In this document: one piece after another, positions 1 through 11,900 of the stretch | Layout: each line of letters starts with the position of its first letter | How positions within the stretch are numbered: the stretch's first letter is position 1 | Assembly (NCBI GenBank): GCA_036172245.1 | Contig: JAYWIR010000051.1 | Location: 310,001-374,000 of the forward strand | Direction: 5' to 3' | DNA: 64,000 nucleotides | Origin: Raillietiella orientalis | Lineage: Eukaryota | The notes under the pieces: generated by a model | Database searches by the model: none | What the model was told of the DNA's origin: nothing | The model's input: only the letters and a program-made list of their open reading frames with translations | Made by a program: the position numbers and the translations under genes

Positions 1-1700
1 TCCCTGGCGACTGAACCAGCTTGCGGTGCTGCGAATCGCACCGACTGAGGTGTTCACGCGGTGCGCACCATCCTCACAACTCCCGCAAATTGGACCGAAC
101 TACTGACGGATTGCCGGACGGGGAAAATCAGTGGCGCCCGTGACCCCGAAGAAAAGGTTGGGAAGAAGTGCGGGAAGAGGAATCAACGTCAGACCATAAG
201 GAAGAGAAAAATCTCATCGCAGCACCGCATGCGCGGATGACCAGATGCACAAGAGATGGAACGCTCACGCATCGGTTCGCTACCTCCCCTCCTCCTCTCG
301 CAGCATCCGCGAGTTCCTCGGAGATGAATCCTCTCTCCTTCCCACCTTCGCTGGCGCTCCGCAGCCTCTCATCCGTCCATCCCAGACGGATCTCAGAGGA
401 GAGAGAGAGGAGAACACGAGGACGCGGCGGCGCCGTCATCGTTCTGGAGTTTCGCCGACCACGGTCGACAGCCAGGACCGTCCCCACGAATCGCCATCGA
501 CGCGTTCCCGACGCAGCTGCCGGGAATGTTCTTGGATGGATCGCAGGGTAGGAGGTGGGGGCCACCCTGGGCTACGACAGGTGCCCCGTACAAGAGCTGA
601 GACGGAAGACGGCTTGGTAGGACTGACTGGCGTCTGGTGCTCCTGCTGCTGTGGTGTCGGGAAGCCGCAGTGTGTATGTTTGCAAGATGCGTCAAATCTT
701 CTTAGATGCAGGGACGTCAACCGTATCTGCTGTCTCCGAGGAGCGTCACAGGAGCGCATAGTTGAGCGGTCCCTGCTCTCACAAGTGCAGATGCGCGCTT
801 CCGACCACTTCCTGGAAGTAACCAACCTCCCGAGAGACCTGTGCTGTAGATGCTGCGTGCCACATTAGGGTGACATTCCAACTACCCACCCTCGCGCGAC
901 AGGAGAAGGATCGCTGTCGTGCAGCAGGGGCCTCAAATCCGCACCGACGATGGCCGACTTTGAACCCACCCTTCCACGTCGTCTTCACTCAAGCGTCCCG
1001 CTCCTTTTAAATCTGCGATGAACGACGTGTGTCGCTTAACAGGTAAGAGGATCCTTGACGCCGGAGCCAGCGATAAATCTTCCGCGACCGTAATTATCCC
1101 TCGTTTCAGCCCTGCCTCAAGCAGGTTCAGATGACAGCTGCATGCCCGCGCTGGCGGCTGCGTGGCTGCCGTCTGCGCACGCGTGGCACGAAGCGTCGCG
1201 AGTTCGAATCCCCTCGAGGAGGACCGACACCAGAGAAAAGCGGGTGCGATGGAAGCTGGAAGAAACCTCCGGATGCTTCCGCTGACAGGCCGAGACTAGT
1301 CGACTCTCCAGGATCCTTCCAGGACATCAAGGAACCTTTCTTTCGGAGTTCCCTTCCAGTTGTGAGGATGGGGCCCTCCACCCTTCCCTAGGGGGGAACC
1401 CAACATCACTTACCCTGGAACTGGTTCATTGATACCCCTCCAGAGTGTCCAAGAAGGCGCGTTGCTTTCTTTGTGGAACGACCGTTCAGAGAAATCGGGA
1501 AGCCCGAAGGGATTCTCTTCGGAGGAGGAAGAAACAGGGAGCGGTTTCCTTTCGGGTACCTTCCGGAGAAATAAAGATCAGTGGTCCCATCCATAGAGAA
1601 TTGGGAAGAGTTAGTTCCTTTCGGGTTCTCTCTCAAGAGCAAGAGGGATCGATTTCTTTCCCCGGAGCGTTCCTGGATTCATAGGGTAGTCTCCTAAGGG
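1..1700 (-). mobile_element. Degenerate LINE 5' part (5' repeats, ORF1 zinc-knuckle remnant, APE remnant)
   Basis: 1500-1690 is homologous (reverse complement) to 62648-62930. Knuckle-like RQRGHAAVI ~1140. APE-like VGSWNV...FQE (~885-810) and LANIH. Confidence 0.5.
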
Positions 1701-1749
1701 GTAACCTCCCTTGACTGGAAGAGTGACACGCACCTCCCGGTGGTGTGGG

Positions 1750-3620
1750 CAGCATCAAAGAGCTACGTGAGATTCCCTCCCTCCTCCCCAAGAGGGAGTA
1801 AACGGTTCTTCGGTACTCCATGAAAACCAAAATAACAACAACTGGAGGGAAAGCAGCCAAGGACAGAATAATCCAAAGGGATTCTGCATAGAGCAAAAGA
1901 CTGAATCCAGCAGCCGGACGAGGCTGCTTCGGAGCTCTCAAGCGTGTTCCCAGGGTTCAGGCTCAGGTGAGGGGCTCTCGGAAACGAAACCTTGGCTGAG
2001 TAAAGGACCCCTCGTGAAGAAGGAAGGCAGGGAGCTGTGCAAGCCGCTGGGCGGTCTCCCGCAGGACTGGGCACAGTGGTCCCGGGTAGCAGCCTTGCCC
2101 CTTGCCCCATCTCTGCCTGTCCTCAGGGCAAGTGGAGACAGCAGCCAGCCGACAGGATGGGAGTTGTCCTGAAACACTGCAGGAGTCGAGGAACGCCGCC
2201 ACTCCTCGTTTCCGAGAGAATGGACTCCTCCGGCGGAGCGACCTGCTCGGTATGCCTTCCCGAAGAATGCGCGGCCCTCCTTTCCTGTGCACGGGCGGGC
2301 ACCTCCGTGCCCCCACTGCTGTGGAAACCGCAGGGTGCTCTGCTGTTCCCGTATTGGGGATTCCAGTACAACCAACGCAGACACCTGGTTTCCGGGGGAG
2401 TTGCCTCCCCAAACTATTTTAGGAGCGGGAGGATGACGGGATCGTTCTCGCACTTCCTGCCGGACTGCAGTGACCGGTAGGACATGCGGCGATCAGCCTC
2501 GGACCTCCGTCGACCGCAGTCCCCCCTCCCCCCTCCGCTTCGGACCTGGTGCGGCGCTTCTTCGTTCGAGGCGGGCTGAAGACGGACGCTGCGATCGCAC
2601 AGTGACAGCCCGCCATGCGTTGGAGTCAGGTTCGCGGCGTAGAGAGGCCACCGGCACGGCAACCGCCTTCGTGACGACGGCTGCAAGGTGACCTCCATGT
2701 GCAAGAAGAAGCCACCAGTGAGATCGCCTCCATGCACAGCCTCTTCTGAAGAGGAAGGAACGAGTGATACCAAAGACTCCCTATCCCTACTCTCCCGCTT
2801 TTATTTATTGATCTGTCGTTCCCTACCTCCGTTCCCTACTTCCTTAGAAGCCGACCTGCGTGTCGGTGGTCATCCCCAACGAACTCCTTTTCTTGGCTTG
2901 TCTCTTGTATTGAAAGGACGCTGTTCCCCTCTGGCCTGTGGGTTTTTAAAAAAAATAAAAATAAAAAATAAACGTCCCAGCGTCCCCGGGTGAAAACTCC
3001 GCCATCCCAGATAAAGCAGACGCAGAGTCCACGGCAGCCTTGACACGAAAACTTGCGGGGTCCAAAATGAAAGCAACAGACAGGTACGGTGGACCTCGGC
3101 AGGAAAGGAGACTCGTCGAGAATCCTCTCATTCTTCCCGCGTGTGGGCGCGACCTTCGAGGACCCTGAAAGAACAGGCGTCGCCTCAGGGCACATTGCAG
3201 AAGGAACCCCTGCAATCCATGTGACGCGAGCTGTGTTCTGGACAAAGCCTCATGCCAAAGAGAGGAGCCATCAAGGGTGGCGCCCCAAGTCAGCCGCACC
3301 CGAAGGAGCCACTGCGAGGATGCAGCTCATTTTCTTCCAGCCCCGGGCTCACCTTCGATCCGAACGGTCCGGTGACTTCGGATCGAAGCGCCATGCGGAT
3401 CGCACAATCGCTAGCTTGGGGAGGTGGGGGGGAAGGGGAAGGGCAAAGGGATCCGCCAGCGCACCGCAGGATGCCGCAAGGGTTGCGTCCCGAGCCACTC
3501 CAGGTGCGGGCCTGCGGAGTCGATCCGGCCGCATCCGGTTTCGGACTGCGGCGCCTTCCGATAAGTGTGGCCACATTCCGACGTTCCCTGCATCCTCTTC
3601 AGGATTCTGGTGAACTCCCC
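1750..3620 (+). mobile_element. Two degenerate LINE 3'-region fragments; the first ends near 2996
   Basis: SHFLPDC remnant ~2450; AATAAA plus cgtcccagcgtccccgggtgaaaa end at 2967-2996; 3480-3560 is homologous to 4770-4850. Confidence 0.5.
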
Positions 3621-3659
3621 CTTGCGTCCCGAGAAGAACCCGAGAGGGGGAAAGCACCC

Positions 3660-5535
3660 ACTCAGTAGAGACTCTGCCGTTCTTCCTCTCCGTGGGGCAG
3701 CTTCCGGCTGCCCCCGCAGCAGGAGACATCCCGGTCAGAATGAAGAGGTTTTTTATTCTTTCTGGATCGTCCCAGCCGGGAGCTGGGAGGCAAGACGTTC
3801 CTTCCCCCAAGCTCCCGTACGGCAACACGCTCTACAGCAGGATAGGGGGAAACTCGGCTCAACCCGCACCTGAGGCAGTTGTGAACGGCAGCTTCCCCGA
3901 TAAGACGGTGCTCGGTATCGTGCTCGGCCGAGGATGGTCCAACGCAGCAGCTTCAACGCCGGGTCGTGTCAATCCAGAGTGATCCCCCTCCTCGACTCCC
4001 CCACCTGGAGAAACTGTAGGGCCCAATGCCTGCTGAGGAATGCCCTCTGGGGACCTGCGAGGTCCAGGATCCGTCTCAAAGACTCGGCGGCTCCGAGCAG
4101 GGATGCCGGCTTGGGCTTCGCAGAGCTGGAGAGGATGGAGCCGCAGATGCAGTCCTGCGCACTGGTCCCTTGCACCAAACTGTGGGCTTCTTCCCCATGC
4201 GTGCCTCGTCCTGCGGAGATGCGCTGGCGGCGAAGTTAAGCTCCCGCTGCTGCCGAGCTCCCGTTGCGGGATGCGGGAGCCCGTCCGCGGATCTCCTTCC
4301 GGCCGATGAACCCCAATGCCTGGAGGCAAGAGGTTGGTGAGTCCTGGGCTGCATTCTAGGGAATGAAGGAGTTTTTCCCCTTGTGACCTCCGTTTCAACC
4401 ATCTCCGGATGCGGTGATGCAGGGCGTGGTGAAGTGGTCGACCCTGGTCGCCAGACCCTTCGCCGCAGCGCTACCTGCCCTCAAGGCAAGCGGCGACAGC
4501 AGCCGACTGGCAAGGTGGGAGTTTTCGTCCTGTGCCACTGCGGGAATGACGAAACTCCTTGGCAACGGTAAGACGCGCGAGTTGACGAATGCTCCGCCAC
4601 TCCCGCGTGCTGTGGAGACGAGACTCCTCTGGTGGAGGGAACTCCTGCGTAAGGCCCCCGAGGAACTTGTGGTTTCTTTCCATTGTCCAGACACTTCAGA
4701 TCTCCTGCCTCCATGGAAACAGGACGTGCTGCTCTTCCTCTACCGGGGATCCCAATGGCGGCACCGCAGGGGTTGCGTCCCTGAGTCGCGCCGGGAGCGG
4801 GCCGGCGGAGTCGATCCCGCCGCACCTGCTTTCGGACTGCGGCACCTTCCGGGAATTGTGGCGGAGGAGGAGGCTGGCGTCAGCTCTCCTGCACAGCCGG
4901 GGGACACCCTCCCCTCGCGACTTTCTTCCGCCGCGCGGGCAGGGTGAGTCTTCTTGCGACCTCAGCAACTTCTTGCGTGGAGGACGACTCTTCTCGATGG
5001 GCGCGGCAACGGCGGCCTACCGCTGCCGTCGCCGCGCCATCTCTGCGGAGAGCCCGCCATGTGTGTGAGACTGCCGCGCAGCCGAGGGAGGTCACCGGTG
5101 CGGTGAGCGCCCGCGCGGGGGCGGTCGCAAGGCGGCTGCCTCTCCTCGAAGGAGAAGCGAAGGCGGAGATAGCCACTTTCGAAAGTTGGGAACGGCAGAC
5201 GCCGGAGTCTCTTGCCCCGTCCCCCCTCCCCTATCATTCCCCACTCCCTATCATTCCGTAACTTCATGGTTTCTTTTTTTGTTGTTGTTTTCATCCCGAC
5301 GCACATGGTGCGAATCCGAAGATCCCGTTCCCCCCAATCCCCCGGATTCCTTCTTTTCTTGTTATTACCCCCCTCCCCCCTCCCCGTTCCGTACATTTGG
5401 ACATCTCGACCTGCCTGCCGGTGGAATCTCCCTTGAACTTTTTTTGTCTTCGGTTGGGAAGCAGTGTTCCCGACTGGTCTTTTTTTTTTTTTTTTTTAAC
5501 GGAAGGAACGTCCTGGGGCGTGATCGGGTGAAAAA
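3660..5535 (+). mobile_element. Degenerate LINE (RT C-terminal half to 3' end)
   Basis: RSRIRLKDSAAPSRDAGLGFAELERMEPQMQ, homologous to 23550-23640; zinc-finger remnant ESIPPHLLSDC; T-rich UTR ending cgtcctggggcgtgatcgggtgaaaaa. Confidence 0.7.
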
Positions 5536-5579
5536 CCTCAGCACAAAGACGTGGGAATCTCGGCGTCTTCCAGAGGGAT

Positions 5580-6530
5580 CCCCCGGAAATACAATCAGCG
5601 GGGGGGGGGAAGGAAGTCCCTTCTGACGGAAGGGATCGAAGCACCAGCCCCCCCCCAAGGCTTCCTTTTCCCGTCGACGCCGCAGGTGACTCCCAATGTC
5701 GCCACTTTCTGGAGACCAATGCTGCTCTCCCGCAGGGAGGGTAAGCTCTGCGGAAGCGCCCGGGGCTTTTGACGACACCCCTCGACAAGCAGCAGGAGAA
5801 TCTTAGGCACGCGGAACGCTCTCCGAGTGCCTGAGACTCGCAGAATCCTTTCCTCTCTTCGTCGCCAGGGCAACCGTTCGCCGGAGTTGGCGCTCTCGTC
5901 GGACACAGCTTCGGCGCCGCACTCGGGGGGAAAGACGCCAGCCGCACGTCGCATCCACCTGCAGCAGCAACAGCAGTAGGCACCGAGGCCAAGTAGACTG
6001 TGTCCGAGGCCCACGAAGCACGGCCCTCTCCACAAGGGCGAGCTCAGATGCGAAGGGCCGAGTGATCCCATCGCTCGCGTTGGCGGCTGCGGTCTGCGTG
6101 CGTCACGGGTTGGAATCCCACGCGGGGATCGACACTGAGGGGTTTCGAGCGCCTCCTGCCTCGTGACCCTGGTCGGTTTATTCGGGTGTAGCACCGGTGC
6201 AAGCCGGATGCTCCCGTCTACTGGCCGGGATGGAAAGTCGGCCCTCCGGGGTCCTCCCACGAATCAGGGTGCCTTTAGGGGTTCTCTTCCGGTCGTGAAC
6301 ATGGAGTCGTCCTGCACCTTCGAGGTGAACCCCTCCCTCACGTTCTCCATGGAGCTAGTTGCTGCCCCCCTCGCGAAGTCGTCTCTCCAAAATGCGAAGC
6401 GCGCTGATCCCCTCGGGGAGCGGAATCGAGAAGCGTCCCTTTGGGATTCCCTTCAGAGGAGGGGGGAACAGAGAGAGGACCCTGTCCAGGGGGTATTCCT
6501 GCGGAGACCCATGGCAACGATCTCCTTGTA
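5580..6530 (-). mobile_element. Degenerate LINE 5' part
   Basis: 6400-6510 matches 1500-1570 and (reverse complement) 62860-62930; 6070-6150 matches 1140-1220. Confidence 0.5.
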
Positions 6531-6609
6531 AGGTTGCCACTTGCCCTTGAAAAAAAAAAAGTCAATCCCATTCTTTTGCTGATGCCATGGGCCACCGTTC
6601 CTTAGCCTT

Positions 6610-7780
6610 AAAAAGATGAAATCTCGTCATCGAAAGCTGCGACCGGTTGGCGCTAGGTGGCTCTGGGTGCATCTGCATACGTGGACAAGAGTGTTCCAAG
6701 GGCTCGTGACGCGGCACAATGCGCGAGTTAGGGGACATCAGGGGGCTTCAAAGAGAAAGACTTTCGGCAGCACCTCCAACACATGCTCGTCTCGATGAGG
6801 CAGCAGCGTCGAGAAGAGACCAGAACTCCTATCCCTCGGACACTGGAATAGCTCCGTGGATGCTCATCCGCGCTGGGGATCCAAGACGGGCTGCTGGTCC
6901 TTTATTCCTTCCCCTCGGAGAGGGTTGCCCCCGCAGCAGGGTTCCCTCGGAGAGGGGAAGGAATAAAGGACGTTGCGGGCGTTGGATGACAGAACGAGGA
7001 TGGAGATTCTTAGAGGGCTCCTCAAAGGTGGACCCAACGGTCAGGACAAGTACTGACTTCTTCGTAAGCGGCAACTCGATGAACGGAAGAAGTTGGTTGG
7101 CGAGGTTGCAGCTGCTGGATAAGAAGGGTTTCCTGACGAAAGAGATGAGTATCAGAAACTGCGGGAAAGTTTCGGAATTCTGAAGGAAATGCAGAAGAGC
7201 GAGCAGCATTCAAAGAGCTGGAATGCGCCGAAATGTGGCAGCAGTGCAGAAAGACGGACGCTGCAGAGTGTGGAACGCGACCTCCGGTTTTGCTTTCAAA
7301 TGGAATGTGCGGCCGTAGGCCTGAGTGGGAGAAAGGCAGCCAGGAAACCTCCAGCTTTGATTTGAAAACAAAGAGCTTGTTCCATGCTCGTCTTTTTCTT
7401 TTCTTTTCTCTGCAGAGTAAATTCTTTAACGCTTCTTTCCGATAGCTAAGGGGAAACCGCCATGCTTGTGCTCCCATTCAAGAAACGGACATTGTGCTGA
7501 ACCCAGAGCACGGAATGATCCCGAAATGCATCCTGCCGGGGGAATCCCTTTGTCAGCCACATCGAGCCAGGGAAAAGAGATTGGCCGCAATGCTGACCTC
7601 GCTCTTCCGCCAGGGTGAGTTTCGTACGTATTCACGTTCTGAAAGCACGGGTTCTGCGTTGTGAACAAGGAAAAATTGCGTCCCGGAGCACAAGCCCTGA
7701 GGTCGAACAAGCGGTTCAGATGAAAGCATTCAACAGGATCGCGAAAGTACTGGGAAGCTGCGCGTCATCTTCCAGTTATG
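6610..7780 (+). mobile_element. Degenerate LINE APE C-terminus and APE-RT linker
   Basis: TFGSTSNTCSSR / ARLD, PSDT (SDH-like), GRNKGRCGRW, helical linker EYQKLRESFGIL and EWEKGSQETSSF, in LINE ORF2 order. Confidence 0.45.
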
Positions 7781-7967
7781 CAGTCCTCCCTTTGTCCGCT
7801 TTCAGCACGCAGTCCCCCACACAGTAAGAACTGCAAGTTCTATCAAACGGAGAGAACGGGAGCTTCCATGTGCACGGACGGAAAAGCTCCCTGCTTACTC
7901 GAAAAGCTGTTACGCAGATCTCGGCAGTACCATTTCTCCACTGAAATGCAAACATAACCGAGCTCAA

Positions 7968-8836
7968 CCCTCGAGGGGTAAGTGGCGTCGTACACGGCAC
8001 ACAGCGACTGAAGCGTGCAGACTGTCCTTGACCTTTACGAGGGGTAGCTGGAGAGAGCCTTTAGCCTTCCGTGGACCCGGAGTCGCCATTGCGGGCAGGT
8101 CGTCTGGTTCGGTTCCATTTCGTGTACGACACCGCGTTGCCTTTTACGTTCCATTGCATGTCTTCCCGTGGCGGCCTCTCTCATAATAGGATTTCCACCC
8201 AAAATGAACTGGAAGGGTTGATCGGACTCTGGGAGAGATGAGAAACGAATTGGGAAGAGTTTTCACCTAATGAAGACCGAGATTTAGATGACGGAAATTC
8301 GGAGAGAGCGCAAGATGATGACTTTTCAGCTGATGAAAGTGATGTGGATGGCCTTTGAGAGTCTTTTATGGAATGTCAGTTGTGACCGGGATGAATTCGT
8401 ACGCGGTGTTCATTTCCGTCAACCTTGGAAATCCAGATTATCAAGTTGTTTCCAGAAAAATGTTCCTTCGAAATTTAGCATAGACCCGCTTGTAGCACCT
8501 CGCAAAATTTGTCTCGTTCTTTGCGAAATTCGGTTCCCTCTGTACTGAATAAAGACGACCTGAGGTTCCAAATGTTCCACAAGAACCTTCAACAGTCCAT
8601 AATGCGTCCATGTGCTGTTGCCTGAAAAGGTCACATGGGCCCAACACCGAAGGCCTTCACGCTGCGAATGTGCAAATGACGTTTAAAATCATTCGTAAAG
8701 ATAACTGCGATTCACAAACAGGATGAAATGTTTGTGAAAAGTGATTCCATTTTTATATGATTTTCATTTGAATTGGTGTCCTGCATGACACCACGTGAGC
8801 ATTTATGTACTGAATTGCCACTCCACCCTTGCAGGG
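7968..8836 (+). mobile_element. piggyBac-like internal-deletion derivative
   Basis: Ends tcaa|CCCT...AGGG|ttaa, with imperfect TIRs (ccctcgaggggtaagtggc vs reverse complement ccctgcaagggtggagtggc). Subterminal gtggcgtcgtacacg-type repeats at ~7982, ~8121 and ~8777-8797. Acidic N-terminal remnant (EEFSPNEDRDLDD..DDDFSADESD) and Cys-rich C-terminal remnant (MRPCAV..C..C..NC). Confidence 0.6.
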
Positions 8837-8989
8837 TTAAAATGTACTCCGAATAAGAGGCTGGGATTGGAAATCAATTACGGTTCATGTAAATTTCATA
8901 AGTGGCCTTCCACTCTTTTGTAATGATATCTCTGCCCCGACATGTTTGCCGTCGAACACTGAGGTCAAACATTTCGTTCGCGCAAAAGA

Positions 8990-11900
8990 CGTGTGTTTCC
9001 TAAAATCATGGAGTTGCAAGAAGACTCAGCGTGCGGTCACTTTATGTAATGCGTGATCTACCGGTTGGCTCGAATTCATGTCGCTTTTCGAAAATCACAC
9101 ACACACACACACACACACACCCTCCCCAATTAGGGTTCTTTCTGCGCGTTCGCAGTTTTCCGTCGGAGATTCGTATTGGTCCGGACCCATTTATCTGCCC
9201 GTCTTCCCAGATTCCCAAATTTTCATCTACTGCTTTCCTCCTCCGCCTTCCCATGAAGCGCGAGTTGGTTCCTCGCCATCCTCGCCAAGAGGCACCGACC
9301 AGAGATGCTGCCCTACAGATAGGTCGATTTTTTGGGTCCCCGGAAATTTACAAGGGCTTGCCTCCTAGTTGGGTCCGTTCCTGAATAATGTAACCCTTCG
9401 CCCACTACAAGGAAAGCACCGTTACCATCGTTACCAGTTCTGCATCTGCTACCAAAATAGCCGTTGTGTTCCTTTTTTTTTTTTTTTTTTCTTTCAAAAA
9501 ATAGAAAATAAGAAAGCAAAAAAAAAAAACATTTTCGGAATCTATAGTGTATTGGTGAATACGCAAAATGTGTGTTCTTCATTCTGTATTAGTAACACAA
9601 GAAAACCAAAGATCAAATTCAAATTGACCTGGAAGAAAAAAGAAACTTTACAAAAAATGTGTATCAAATGAAAATGAATGGAAAAGTACCAGTTGAAAAA
9701 CAAAAACAAAATAATTTGTAAGGAATATAGAAGCTATTTATTTCATGAGAAGTAACCTGCAATCTTCCTTTTGGACATTTTGTCATCGCGTTGCTAAAAT
9801 TATGCAAAACTTTAATCGTCATAGCGACGGCGCGCATTAGCAGCGTGTATTTAAGCTTCCGATCTTTTTTTCTTTCAAACGTTCCCCATACATCTGTATC
9901 ACAGTTATGCAGATTCAAATTTTTTTTTTTTTTCCTCGAATTTTTTAGGCACTTCAAGGTTCTGGTGCTTCTTTAAACTGAGAATCTCCTTCTACAGAGT
10001 CATGACAAATTTATGGAAACTGCTTGTACGCTTGTGCGATGGTTCTCCATCATCCCTGGGATGTTTAAGAAGCAGCTTTTCAGGTTAAAAAAAGGAAGAA
10101 AGACATTCGGATGGTTCGCCATGCAGCCGCACGCTTGCATTTTCATGCTGACCACACGATAGGGAAATGGCACCCATTACTCGTTAGCTGTAGGCGTTCT
10201 CTGCCTCGTTCCTGTGTGCTCCCCCCCAGCCGCCCGACGGAGGACGCTGGCTGAGTTTCGGGAGCTCACAAATGCAGGACTATAAAAATAATAGCGCCCA
10301 TTTGTACACAGCAACGAGCTTGAAAGCACCACCTTCACCATCAGTCTAGATAAAGCATGACAGGGTCCTGTGTTCCTACTCGTTCTTCCTAATGGAATCT
10401 GCATAAGAATCATCCTTGTCGCTGTTTAGAGACTTTTTCGTGTTTTCTACCGTTAAATAAATTATAGTGTATCGAGGAAATTCAGAATGGGACTCAAGGA
10501 ACGATTTCACCGCGTCTTTCATACCCATTATGGCTCTCTTGGCAGCAATAATTTTCAAAGATTCGTATCTTCATTCTCCAGTGATCACCAGGATGTCTTT
10601 TATCAGAGGAGAGATAGAAGGTGAAATGACGACAGTTGTCGTCGTTCCTCCTCCCTCTTCCATTTCATAATTCCCAATAATTCCAACAGCCTTCAATTCA
10701 TGAAAATGATTTCTGTCGTTATGCGTTTCACATGATTCTGCGAGAGTCTCCTCCGAGAGCGTTCGGCTGCGAGCAACGACTGCATCCATCTCCTGGGCTG
10801 CCAAACCACCTGAATTCCTAATTCATACACCGGGGCTCATTGAAATCCGCTTCCAGGATGTTCTTTGTTCACATCCTCCCTCCCTCCTTGCTCCACCCGA
10901 TTCCTCTCTTAATTCACGTCCGCACAATCGAGAGGCCAGACTTTTTCAAAAGATTCCAGAAACTCTTCAACAAATTCGCCTTCAGCTCTTTCGGAATGGA
11001 CGACCTTCCTACTTGCAAAGCAGGAAATTTCCATTGTGCTGCCTTTCTCCGTCCATCGGAAGCCTTCGTTTCACGTTGACTCGTAGGCACTCTTTCATTA
11101 CCAGAATCAGTTGTGTGATCTCTTTCCTACTTAGAAGACACATAATTCCGCATTTGGAAACGGAGGCATTTGCTTACAAATGGAAGGTTTGGAAAGTGCC
11201 TTCTGCTGCACGACTGCTGCTCTGTGCTTATGACTCGGTTTGTTCATGCGATGCTGTTTACGCATAAGCTGCAAAATAAATCCCCACGCATGACGTGCTG
11301 ATGGTATGTGAAATTTTCGAAAGCAGACGAGATGCATGTCTTCTGTGGCGAGTGACAACTGTTGTTCACATCCTGTACCATCCGCACGCGTATATATAAT
11401 TCCCGTGTGCGTATACGTGCGGAAGACTTTTTCCTCAAACGGAGATGCTGAACGCCATGGTGGACACAGCGACGAATCTCCAAATAGGGCCCCCTGGCTC
11501 AATTCGACCCGGGCTTCCACGGGAAAGATTCCCGTGGCTCTATCTTGAACGACAGGGGTCCCCCCGGTGCGGGGGGTCCGCCCTCCGCTGCACGACCGGA
11601 GGGGGGAAAGATTTCTTGCGCCAGCACGAACAGCGGTTGCCACCATCGGTGCACACATGTGATATGGCATGTTGATTTCCGCGTTCACACTCGGAACTTC
11701 CGCGGTGGACATCTGCCCACTCGAGCTGAGCTTGTGGGAGAGGCTGGGGTCGGGATCCTTCCAGTGCGACCGCGACCGCCGAATTCGCAGCGAAAAACGG
11801 GACCGTCCGCAACGGAGAAGAGGTTCTTCTCGCACGAGAAGCGTGAAAGGTCAATTACGAACGGGAGCAAAGAGGTTCCGGGAGCATGGGAAAAGAGGTG

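Noticed and set aside
4414..4947. DIRS-type RT/RNase H (LLWW motif)
   Set aside because: No following DAS/GWG RNase H motif; flanking sequence is homologous to the L1/Tx1-type copies.
7982..8135. Structured ncRNA closed by a ~15-bp inverted repeat
   Set aside because: The motif recurs near 8777-8797 and fits piggyBac subterminal repeats.
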